Below, in pieces: positions 27,601 to 37,623 of a DNA stretch of 64,000 nt. The stretch is from the NCBI RefSeq assembly GCF_001949145.1, contig NW_019091355.1, positions 3,578,646 through 3,642,645 on the forward strand. Direction: 5' to 3'. The notes below the pieces were generated by a model. That model was not told the DNA's origin. It was given only the letters and a program-made list of their open reading frames with translations, and did not search any database. Positions within the stretch are counted from its first letter, which is position 1. The number at the start of each line of letters is the position of its first letter. This DNA is from Acanthaster planci. Lineage: Eukaryota. The position numbers and the translations under genes are program-made.

Positions 27601-30600
27601 ACTAGTTTATTCCTTTTTTTTCAGGATGGCAAAAAAGAGTGATACATCAAATCTTAGACCTTTGTTAGCTCTTTCTAAAACAAACTGAAACAAAAACTGA
27701 TAAAAGAGGCTTAAGACTCATTTTGTGGGATCCGTTCATATTTAGGCTGTTTCGGTTTAACCTCTAACAGTGTGCTGTTTCTTTGCCTTTCCAGGTTCAA
27801 AATGGCGATGCCAAGGAGCCTGAAGACCGATCAACCCCCTCACCCGTCTACAGCAGCCCCATTCCCACCCCTTACCTCACCCCTACCCCACCCGCCACCC
27901 CCTCTCTGCCCGACATGGACCACGAGGCCGAAGCACCGAGCCCTCCCTTCTCACCTCCTGCTGCCGCAGTGGAGTCGCCCTTTTCGGCGGGGGCATCAGC
28001 TGCTGCCCCGCACGCTGTCCCACCCTCAGAGGTGGACTCCCCGACCCCGAGTGAGGCTCCCACTGTGGACCGGGCCAGCACGGGAATCATAGAGAAGGCA
28101 TCCACCATCGTCGAGACAGACCACGAGTCTGAGGGTCATGCTGAAAAATCTGAGGTCAGTTACTGAGTCCTATTGAGGACACTATTTAGTGTATTAACTT
28201 ACACGAAGCAGCGGCCTGTAAAAGCAGTTGTTCTAGGTAACAGGTGAGCTGTTCAGAAGTCTTCATGAGATTTCAAAGGCAGGCTCCAAGTGTCTCTTCC
28301 TCAAGCTATTTTAAAGTAAGCTTTGAAGTCTTAAAACATAGTGTACTTTTGCATATCAGTTTACTTGGTGAATATTCATGTCTTTTGTGCCCAATAGGGA
28401 GGAGTGATCTGGATTGAACTGGAGAAGCCGGCCAATGGCAGCCTAGGGTTCAGTTTGACGGGTGCCATGAAGGGTGGGAAGACCAGCATCTTCATCAAGA
28501 CAGTCACACCTGGGGGCGTGGCCGAGAAGGACGGCAGACTGCGAGTTGGGGATCGACTTCTACAGGTCAGTTAAAAAAAAAAAATGTTCGTAGGTTTTTT
28601 TGGTAATTTTTTTTCTGTCCACTTTTGTTCGTTCAGAACCAAAGCCAGCGTCAAAATTTAGCTGGATCTCAGACTTAACCACTTGCTGCCAGGTGCCTTT
28701 GGAAATGCAGTGTCTAAAACCAGGCAATTTCAATATCTTTGGTTTTCAAAATCTTCAAAAATTCATATCTTTTTTTCCCGAATGACTAAACCCCATCGAG
28801 TGACTGTGTGGTGGCTACTCTTATCTGACAGACAGCATCTATTGATGCCTGGGTAATTCAGCCAGGCCTGCCGCCTTGTACAAAGAGCACAGATTGTGCG
28901 GTGTTACATAAGTTTCTTTTGTTCCCGAAACTGGCACAGTGCGCTTCTGGCATCTTTTCAATATGGGCCAGATTATTGGTATTGCATAGCTCATCATTGG
29001 ACTGCTGGAGCGCTTTTGTCCCCCGTGGTAATCCCCTCATGCTGAATGCCACAGACAGTGGTATAATCTTTAAAAACAATGACAGATTTCTTCCTCTATT
29101 GACAACTGAAAAAATGTTGGCAATTCCCAGCAGCTCGGTCTTGTTCCGAGTACGGTCTTTTTGTTACAAGGCTCAGCTCTTTTGTCTGATTTCGGGCACC
29201 CCAGCTACCCAAAAACAGGCTCCCTGGCAGCAAGTGGTTAAGCCGTAGAAACTACCCACAGGTGCAAGTCTTCAGTGAAAGATTGCATGGAACAAAGTTT
29301 GCAATTGTTTCTTAGGGGAAAAATGGTATTTAAAACAAATGGGACTTAAAGCAAATTGGTAGGATATTCAAATGTTTATCTTAATTTTTTTTGGTGTTTC
29401 TCTTCGTTGTTCAGGTGAACGGCGAGAGCCTGGTCGGCATGACACAAAATAAAGCGGTTGGCATTCTGAGAAAGAGCAAAGGTGTCGTCAAATTGGCCAT
29501 TACCAGGTATTCACTTCACTCTTCACTCTACTCAAATTCAGAACTGGGATATGTTCAAATACACCTAGATTCAAATTCGATCAACGGCCATGAAACAACC
29601 ATTGGTCAATTTTGCCTGGTACCCAAGAAGTATTTTGTGCATAGCTTATCAGGGAGCATTGGACAGTGGTTGACAAATTGTCTGTGATGGGACCTGATTG
29701 CCGCGTATAATGCCATTAATACCCATCCCAAAACCTACTTTCAACTGTATGTTTCCTTGCTTTTCAATTCTGTTCTGAGACAGTGCATGAGACCTGCATT
29801 TTCATGATTTTGGAACCGGGCAATTTTTTTTTTCTGACCCTGCCCCTGTGGAAGGAATTTGTGGAGTGACATCTTCAGCTGTTAGCCTCATTCCTAAAAA
29901 AAAAAGAGCATTTGTTTTAACAATTTGTGACTATCTGATGAAATTTCAAATGTTTCAGGATCTTTGTTCACAAAAATCTGGACCTCAAACAATTGAATTA
30001 AGCTTGTTCACTTCATTTTTCTAAGGACAAAACAAAAGTGTATCAGTAATATACCCATCAACCCCAAAATTTTACTAGGTTGTAAATGAAGTCACAGGAA
30101 ACTGAAAGTTTCTTGTTCTGTGAAGTTGAGCAGATGCCGAGAATGGTTATCAATGAAATCACTTCAGTTCAATTGTTTTTTTCAGGCAACTCGCCAAAAC
30201 CAGCAGCAACTCCACCCCCATCCAGCCCAAGCGTGTCCCTGTCCTGCCAGTCCATGAGTCCCCCGTGCCCAGCCTGAATCTCCCCCACAGGAGCGACGAG
30301 GACGGGGAGGAGCAAGGGGATGATGGGGGAGAATCGTTGGCACAGTCCTTCACCGAGTCGGCCCGAGATGCTGAGCTGGAAGCAGGTAAGTCACCAACTC
30401 AGATCTAGTTTGTCATCATTTTCTCCCTACTTCCTCTTTTTTTTTATAACTCAGAGAGAAACATCTCATTGCTGAGTTGTCATGATTTGTATCTGGGGAC
30501 GAGACTGAAAATTTCTCAAAAGTGCCTGTGGCACTGTACCTCATAAGTATTAAAAAAACTGTGGAGAGAGAACATTGAAGAAATGTTCAGTTTTAGAAGT

Positions 30601-33600
30601 GGGAGTAAAACGACGGATGAATGTTCAGGGTAAAACCCACGCAATCTTGTAGGGACTGAAAACCCAATCCACTTGTCAGCCTGGGTGGGATTCGAACCCC
30701 AGCCGCAAAGATGGAAGGTCCCAACCTGTCCATAGTGTCTTTTCAACAATTTAAACGTTCCCTTCCTCGGATTTTGTTCATCCTAAGAATTGGACCCTTA
30801 ATGAAACAAAGAAGATATGCAGGCTGGTTTGGCTTGGGAAGGGCTCAAACCTATCACTTCCTCACAATAAAGATGTCTCAGTCACTGAGCTCGCTTGCTT
30901 ACTTAAGCCTGATTGACTAAAAAAGTATCGCAAGTTTGAAATTTTGGTGATAACATTTGTTACGGATGCTTCTGGAATTTATTTCTTTGGCTGTTGGTTA
31001 AATATTGATCGATATCAGGCATCCTTGTCAAAACATCTTAGAGTTGATATTTAGACCATTGACATACTCCCAGCGCTCCCCACGGTTCAAAGTACACGTA
31101 CATTTGCTCTAAGTTTATTCCGTTCCTCAGAATGACACCCAAAAAGCTGATAACATTCTGCAAGTGCCCCCGTTATGTTGACAACAGGCAATTGATATGT
31201 TATTGTGTCCTGTCAAAAACACTCATTCACACGTATCTAAAACCCACTCGTTCTTTGCACAGGGAACTTGCTCATAGAATACTCTGACCTTGGAGTTTAT
31301 TGTGTCTTTGAGTTGCCATGCGTTTACTGCACAATAAAATAAACCCGCACATTGAAATGGGTACTAGATGTGAAAGCACTCGGCACAGTGAACACTGATA
31401 TTCAACGCTGTCTCAGTAACACCATGGACTGTATGTAATTTGCATTTGTTCAAATGTTTTGTATCTTGTACGCACCTCTGTTGTTTTTACATGTTGACAA
31501 TTTCTTATCGTAACATTGTAAAGATTTGTTATTCCTACGTCTGTCGGTGACTGTCATTTGACTGTTTCCTCCAGAGGTTTCTGTGCACTTTGTCGAAACC
31601 ATTTGATTGTTTGTAAATGTCATGATTTATTTGCTTGAGTGGTTAACTTCACAGTTGTTTTCCTTGTGTTTTGTTTTTTTTCCTTTCCATCTGGTTCCAC
31701 CGCTTTTTCCACTCCATGTTTTAAACACCTTTTCATTCCACTTTGCTGTACAACTTCACATTGATGTGGGTGATGCCTCCTCTAACGGCGTTGATTGTGT
31801 TGTGGAAAATTCAATTCTTTCTTTCATCCTCCTGTTTGGTTTTGTGTCTTTCTTGGATTTGGTCTCATTTTGTGTCTATCCTTGTCTCTGCCTGTTCATC
31901 ACCAATTACTCTATCTGAATTGTCTCCATTGTCTACTCCTTTCTGTTCCTGTTCCTCTGTCCTTGTCCCCGCGGTCTCTCTGTGTATTTCTTTCGCTGTG
32001 ACCTATCTATGTCATCTTTCTCATTTTTTTTCATTTATGTTTCTCTGTCATCCTTTCTCTGTCTGTAACCCTTACATCTTCCTGCCAATGTTCTTCCTCC
32101 ATACGCATACCAACTTCTGTTTGAATGTCGTGGGTCATGTCTCCAATTCGCTCTCTTTTACGTGTTTCTTTTTGGTTTTTTCACGTCTCTGTACCCATGA
32201 AAATGTTTTGGCATTGTCAAATCACTCGTAAATCATCACCACTCTCTCACTTTCTTCCACCCTTCTTCAAACCAACCAATCCTTACCACACATCTTTACA
32301 TCAATGTCACCCCTCCTACCCACACCCCCCCACCCCACATTGGGTGTCACCTCATGGTATGCATGCATGCAGATCTGTCCGAGTTTGACATAAGCACCAG
32401 TCTCAACTTTGACTCTCACTCCCTGCCCCTTGGTGGCGTGTCCTCCATGGCTATCACCCCTCCTCCCCCGGGGTTCCGAGCCGGCTATGTCTCAGGTAAA
32501 TTTATGCAAGGGCAGAAAAAAAGGAACGAACCCATCCACAGTGTCCAATGAACCAATCGGCTTTGGGTACAGAAGTGTCACTGGTTTGCTGCCAACCTCA
32601 TTCCCAATTTACACACCAAGGCTAGTTAGCTGTGCACAAATGTCGAGATAAATTGCAAGAGATCCTGGGTAAAACTTTTATGTTGAATTGTTAAGTGCTT
32701 GTCTTAGCAGGTACTGCTGGTCAGCCAATCACAGAAGTCATTACAGAGTGTCTCATTTATTGGGCCCTTGAAATTTCCTTTACAGTGCCTTCTATTTGTG
32801 AGTGTATTAAGTGAATTATTATCAAATAAAACAGTGAATAACTCCAATCTTTAAAAGTTAGGTATCAAAATTTGTTCTCAATACAAAAAAAATTATTGGG
32901 ATTTCTCATACTCAAACTGATATATAGAAAATCCAAAGTTGTTCAATTAAAAAAGGGTCCTAAAGTCACAGAGAATTCCTTTGGTTACAGTGATCGTGAC
33001 TAAGAGACAGCGACATCAAAATATGAATGACCCTAAGTTGAGACCTGATAATAAACTGGGAAAACAGTGGATGCAGTGTGCTCAGTTGCAACAGAACCAA
33101 CCAAGTTGTTGTGAAAACATATCGCTCATTTTGGCAGCCAAGTGATGTGACAGCAGCCACATCATTCCATAGCGAAGCGCTGTGAATGCCGTTGTGTTTC
33201 ACATGTATCATTCATGAAATAAAAACAGCTATGTTGAAGTCGAAACTCCACCGTTTGGACATGTGTTCTCTGAGACTTGTGTGTCTTCCAGACGTGGGTG
33301 ATGTGATAACGTGACTTTTAGTTTCTCCATTTGTTCACAAATTTGTCGCATTTGAGCTCGGCAAAGAGCACTTTCAATTTAAGCGAGAGTGAACCAAGAG
33401 GACCGATCAGTGGTTTACAGCAGCCTAGAAGAAAACAACCCCACCAGTTTCATTTTGCACGCATGTGTTTCTAAAAGCGTATGTATTTTTCAGGAACATA
33501 AAAGTGATTTTATGTTTGTGATCTGGCTTGCAGTGTTTGTCAAATGGAAGTCAGAAAATCAAGAAAAACTGGTCACCATCTGACATAGTTCCGGGCAATT

Positions 33601-36600
33601 TTTGGCGGTTGCATAGTTGCTACATTGATAGTAGTGCTTCTCAGTCAAAGAATAACACTGATTTATTTGGCCTTTGACCCCTAAGGTCACGACACCGACG
33701 ACGATATGGACAACACTATGGATCTTCCCGATGACTCGGCGGCGCACCCGGACACGGGGAAGAGTTCGCCGTCAGCCAGCGACGGTCAACACGCCGCCAT
33801 GAAGTTTGGCCAAGCCTTGAAGGTAGGATCCAGATTGGCAAATGTCAAACGACAGGAAAGAGATGAATTTCTGATAAGATTGTACATCTCAGGCTGGCGT
33901 AGATACGTGAGTTAGGTTCTTAGCTGTAGTTTGGAGCTTAGGCAACATGACGGAAACAAAATCACCTGTGGAGTTTTTGTACCCAATAGGGGTTATGCAC
34001 TGCCGGTGTCTGAGAGGCTGTTCTTTGTCATTTTAATTTCCTGACCTGAGTGTATCCCAGAGGAAGAAAAAAACACCTGCTAACATGACGTCACTTGCAT
34101 AAGATCTGAACTGTTTATGTGTGACCACCATGGAAACCCAATGTGAAAAGCTTTAAGTAAATGGAGATTGGAATTCAGAAGAGGAAAAATTTCCTTGAAA
34201 TATGTCATTTCAAGTTTTTTTTTCATTGAGAATACAAAAAAGTAGTGATGTTAACATCATACATCATGGTTCCCCCCACAGAAATTTGTTTTTGACAATT
34301 TTGACTGGTGAGGCCAAATCTCATTCACAGTTGGCATCATCTGACAGGTTTCCCAACTTGCGTTCACTTCAGTATTTTTATTTTAATGTAACCCTTTTTT
34401 GTAATCATCCTTGAAGAAATTTCATTATTTGCATCCAAAGATTTTCCTGGTTCATGGAAGTACTGAGATGTCACAGCAGATGTATTTGATCATCACTTAA
34501 TGGGAATGAAATAAGGGGATGTTTGATATGAGAGCCAGCCCAGCCCCGAATTTCAGGGTTGGTGTTATAAAATCACAGTCTCAGCTCTGTTGACATCAAT
34601 ATTCCCCTCTTGCTTTGCCTCTAGGCCCGTGGCCAGATGGTTCCCGAAAGCGACGACTCAAGCTCTTGGGGCTCCGACACCGACATTCCCCTCTCAGGGG
34701 ACCGAGGTCACACCCCCGCCCCTCGCACCACCCCCAGCCACAAGATCCTGAGCGTGATCAGTGACGCCGAGCTGCGCCGCATGGCGCTGGCCAGGCCGGC
34801 TCCTGGAGGGCACTATTCGGGCCGGTCGCTGCGGAGCGTCATCGCCGGCCTGCAGAAGCAAATAGACAAGCAGGACCCTGCCGAGGAATTCAAGGTAGAA
34901 TTGGCCTAGAAGTTGTTCCTTGTTGAGCAGATATCTTTGAAGATCTACACGCATTGCTTCAGTTTCTGTGGCTTGTATCACCTTGGGTGTGATTTTACAG
35001 GATTTTTGCGAGATCTCAGATTTTGTTCATCCCCTGGATTTTCATTTGAAGGTTTTCATATAGGATAGGACTGCTTTAATGCTTTGTTGTATAAAATCCA
35101 AATTCAAGATTCACACCGTGACAGCCATTTAAGGAGAGAACTCATGCTTTGTTTAAGGCGGGTTCATATCTATGATATTTCAGGTGCTGCGCAACGTCAA
35201 AGCAACAGACAACTGTGAGGAGGCTAAGAAACCCATCAACAAAGACAAGAACCGCTACCGTAACGTGTTGCCTTGTAAGTCGGTAATCTGCAAGAATCCC
35301 ATTACAGCATGAAGTAGATCATTACCATTAACAAAGCTCATGAAATTAAGTTGTCGTTTATCGTTATTTATTGTTCAGGGTTAATGTAACATGTTTGTTT
35401 TGGGGAACTCCGGGCTAACCTAGAAAATTTATATTTTTTGAATATTTTAATCCATTTTCCTTCATGTTTTATGAAACACCTTACAGACTACATCTTTTGT
35501 GTGTGCCTTTCACGCTCAGCACTAAAATCTCCTTACATGCAAAATGATGTGCACATTAAAAACCCCCTTACATGCAAAATGTGCACATTAAAAACCCCCT
35601 TACATGCAAAATGATGTGCACATTAAAAATCTCCTTACATGTATATGCTTAGTGGCGTGTGTGTGCTCTAAAATCTCCTTACATGCAAACTGATGTGCAC
35701 ATTTAAAATCTCCTTACATGTATATGCATAGTGGTGTGTGTGTGTTCTAAAATTTCAAACACGGTTGTGCTGGGATACAGTCAAATGTGGTTTCTGCACA
35801 ACAACAGTCTCATTGGTGTACCGTGCATGCCTATGGGGGACAGTCAGTGATTTCCATGTGTGAGGGTTGGATTTCATAACATAGGAGTCAAAATTTCACA
35901 TGAAACTGGGAAAGTGTTTGAAACCAGCTGGTAATTATTTGTCAGCCTTTTAAAAAAGCCCACGACAGACTTTGGATCAATAGAAATGGGGAAAACCGTC
36001 TTGAGGTATTAGGAATGAGGGTTTGAAACTGCATACAGGTTTGGAAGTGGACAGCTCAAGGATGCGTCCAAAGCTGCACAGTTGGGAGCACTCATCGGAG
36101 GATCTTTGGTTCCTTATTTCTTTCTTTTTGCTAGATGACGAGACCAGAGTGGTGATCCAGCAAGTGGGCGGAGCCAAGTACATCAATGCCAGCCACCTCG
36201 ACGTCCTGGTGGGCAAGGACACCTACCGCTACATCGCCTGCCAGGGGCCGCTGCCCCAGACTGCCGGCGACTTCTGGCAGATGGTCTGGGAGCAGAGGTC
36301 GGATGTCATCGCCATGGTGACGCTGGCAATGGAAAGTGGCAAGGTGTGATTTTATCATTATACTTTTCACAGTATCTATTGTTACTGTGGTATCGGAAAT
36401 GTTACTTCCTCCAGTTATTGTACAGTGTTTCCATTGGAAAGTAGTTTTTCATGACCAATTGTAGATATTAAAACATTTAGCACATCTGGGCAACATATCA
36501 CTATTTCATGTGAAGTGTGAAGAAAGTCCATGGCGCAGTAGAAGGTTTGATGTTATCTCCTTGTGATCCAGGTGAAGTGTGACCGTTACTGGCCGGATTC

Positions 36601-37623
36601 CATGGAAACGCCCATCATGGTTGCCGGGCGATACCAGCTGAGATTGGACAGCATGCAGACCCTGGATCACTTTGACATCCGCAAAATATCCATGAGTGAT
36701 ACCAAGGTATTGTCTGGGACCCTCCTCCCTGCCCCACTGGGGGCCTGATTTCTTACACCTGCTAATTAGCGGAATCAATCCCATCCCAGCCGCAACCCTC
36801 AACCTTCCCCACTCCCAAAACTCAAACCAAACAAAACAAATATCAGTCACAAAACATACAGCTTTTGTGGTTGATAGTGAAAATGCCCTCCAACACGAGC
36901 GTATTTTCAAACCGAGTTGAAGTTCAGTCAGCCTCAAGACAGTCACAGGCCCTGTCACAAGGTGCAGAGGTTGAAATAGAAGGTTATGACCCCTCTGCTA
37001 TATGTTTTACGGATTTCTTCTCGTCCGCCAATTTCGCTCTCATGTGGGTAATTTTCTCTGTTTTGTTCTACTGTGCTAATGCAGACCAACGCAATCCACT
37101 ATGTCACCCATCTGAATTTCACCACCTGGACGGACCACGGCGTGCCCAGCTCGGCCCTGCCCCTGCTGCGCTACGCCAAGTACATGCGCAAGATCCACGC
37201 CAACGGGCCCGTGGTGGTCCACTGCAGCGCCGGCATCGGCCGCACGGGCACGCTGATCACCATCGACATCATCATGGCGCTGATCGATCGGGACGAGCCG
37301 TTCAAAATCGTTGATATCGTGAGGGACCTCAGGACCAAACGCCAGGGCATGATACAGACAAAGGTCAGTGGCTTGCTGGAAGTCTGTCCCTTTACGGGGG
37401 GCAAGTTTCAATAAGTCCGTCAATTGTAACATATTTTGCAGAGGTCAGATTGGTTTGCAACAGGGTTACAGTAATATTTTGGATAGGTGTAAGGACTGTG
37501 ATGGGCTTTTAAATCAGATTTGACATCATTATGCCATCGGTCATCTTCGTCTTCCTTGTTCCACAGGACCAGTATCTGTTCTGCTACAAGGCGGCCATTG
37601 AACTGCTTAAAACGCTCATCTGA
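3769..37623 (+). CDS. PTPN13: Tyrosine-protein phosphatase non-receptor type 13 (PTP-BAS/FAP-1) homologue; KIND-FERM-6 PDZ-PTP; 42 coding exons, about 3465 aa with both cassette exons
   Basis: Exons with GT-AG boundaries and consistent phases: 3769-3916, 5044-5225, 5513-5671, 6560-6655, 7264-7393, (8091-8216), 8984-9679, 10084-10361, 10794-10868, 11443-11617, 12067-12229, 12546-12837, 13332-13517, 13837-13910, 14327-14418, 14663-15493, 15814-15981, 16474-16710, 18070-18842, 19250-19343, 19759-20022, 20282-20727, 21736-22597, 23572-23783, 24208-24300, 24594-24908, 25357-25512, 25923-26449, 26711-26951, 27228-27413, 27795-28154, 28398-28565, 29415-29506, 30186-30385, (32373-32495), 33686-33822, 34625-34894, 35184-35274, 36135-36343, 36572-36706, 37085-37363, 37567-37623. 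Motifs recognised: LEVRGGPLNEEELWSVL (KIND), FFGPEFV, HQYYLQLRRDILEER (FERM), GGINTSVKHGGIYIK (PDZ2), DVIQDPAKSDGRL (PDZ4), KNRYRNVLPYD and HCSAGIGRTG (PTP). The ATG follows an acceptor at 3762, so a non-coding first exon may lie upstream. Confidence 0.95.
5832..5937. repeat. Short inverted-repeat element (CAACCTCG...CGAGGTTG)
   Basis: Left end CAACCTCGACTCCATGGG versus reverse complement of the right end CAACCTCGTTCCCTTGGG. Confidence 0.45.
7544..7883. mobile_element. TA-flanked MITE (Tc1/mariner-like)
   Basis: Left TA|CGGGCAATTC-ACAGTAGAGTGTGCCACCAGGAG versus reverse complement of the right end TA|CGGACAATTCCACATGCCGTGTGCCACTAAGAG. Confidence 0.65.
11443..14418 (+). other. PTPN13: FERM domain-encoding exons of PTPN13
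   Basis: VTVVLLNGRRLDL...YFGLAY...FRIKFY...HQYYLQLRRDIL...ALQLASLALQAEMGDY...LQEYGIHFH...IWLGICTRGVIVYE...LCQSQHKFQM. Confidence 0.9.
12985..13188. repeat. Fold-back repeat family, copy 1 (AGTCCATCACAAGTC motifs)
   Basis: Left arm CAAGTCCATCATAAGTCCC, right arm GGGACTTGTGATGGACTCG...CTGCAGGTA; related to 15533-15716. Confidence 0.5.
15533..15716. repeat. Fold-back repeat family, copy 2
   Basis: GTCGAGTCCATCACAAGTC ... TTTGATGGGCTCGACTGCAGGTA; same motifs as 12985-13188. Confidence 0.5.
17207..17794 (+). mobile_element. piggyBac-type MITE family A, copy 1 (588 bp)
   Basis: TTAA at 17203-17206 and 17795-17798; imperfect TIRs CCACTTCCTGCCAGGG / CCCTGGGACCGAGTGG; body aligns by eye to the other four copies. 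Confidence 0.85.
20730..21178. mobile_element. hAT-type MITE (449 bp) with 8-bp TSD
   Basis: TSD TTTAAGGT at 20722-20729 and 21179-21186; TIRs CAGTGTTGTAG...CTACAACACTG; many subterminal GAGACC/GGTCTC motifs. Confidence 0.9.
22770..22882 (+). repeat. Dispersed repeat fragment (copy 1)
   Basis: CATTGAAAATTGAAAAACACTGTACAAAGTCTTGTAAAGATTGGAATTTCCTTGTTTT is shared with 41345-41460. Confidence 0.7.
22883..23210 (-). mobile_element. piggyBac-type MITE family A, truncated copy
   Basis: Reverse complement of the left half of copy 1; ends CCCCTGGCGCGATGTGG followed by TTAA (23211-23214). Confidence 0.75.
28679..29237 (+). mobile_element. piggyBac-type MITE family A, copy with perfect TIRs (559 bp)
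   Basis: TTAA|CCACTTGCTGCCAGG ... CCTGGCAGCAAGTGG|TTAA, i.e. a perfect 15-bp TIR. Confidence 0.9.
30570..30740 (-). mobile_element. tRNA-derived SINE copy
   Basis: On minus, B-box-like GGTTCGAATCCC followed by GTGGATTGGGTTTTCAGTCCCTAC; homologous to 58255-58430. Confidence 0.65.
35184..37623 (+). other. PTPN13: Classical PTP catalytic domain exons
   Basis: KNRYRNVLPYD, YINAS, YIACQGPL, DFWQMVWEQ, KCDRYWP, WTDHGVP, VHCSAGIGRTG, QGMIQTKDQY. Confidence 0.95.
35523..35755. repeat. Intronic minisatellite (about 34-bp AAAATCTCCTTACATGCAAAATGATGTGCACATT units with variants)
   Basis: Six CCTTACATG-anchored units are visible, plus a higher-order duplication. Confidence 0.85.

Larger units (their letters stand above)
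15940..29506 (+). other. PTPN13: Six PDZ domains (approx. 15940-16690, 18790-19870, 23572-24270, 25357-26010, 26190-26449, 28398-29506)
   Basis: Six carboxylate-loop motifs (GLGV, SLGI, GLGF, GLGF, QLGL, SLGF), each followed by a GD-x-I/L-x-x-I/VN motif. Confidence 0.85.

Noticed and set aside
31607..32388. Long hydrophobic ORFs in all three forward frames
   Set aside because: An artefact of the U/C-rich AG-free tract, which has no TAG and few other stops; no protein-like features.
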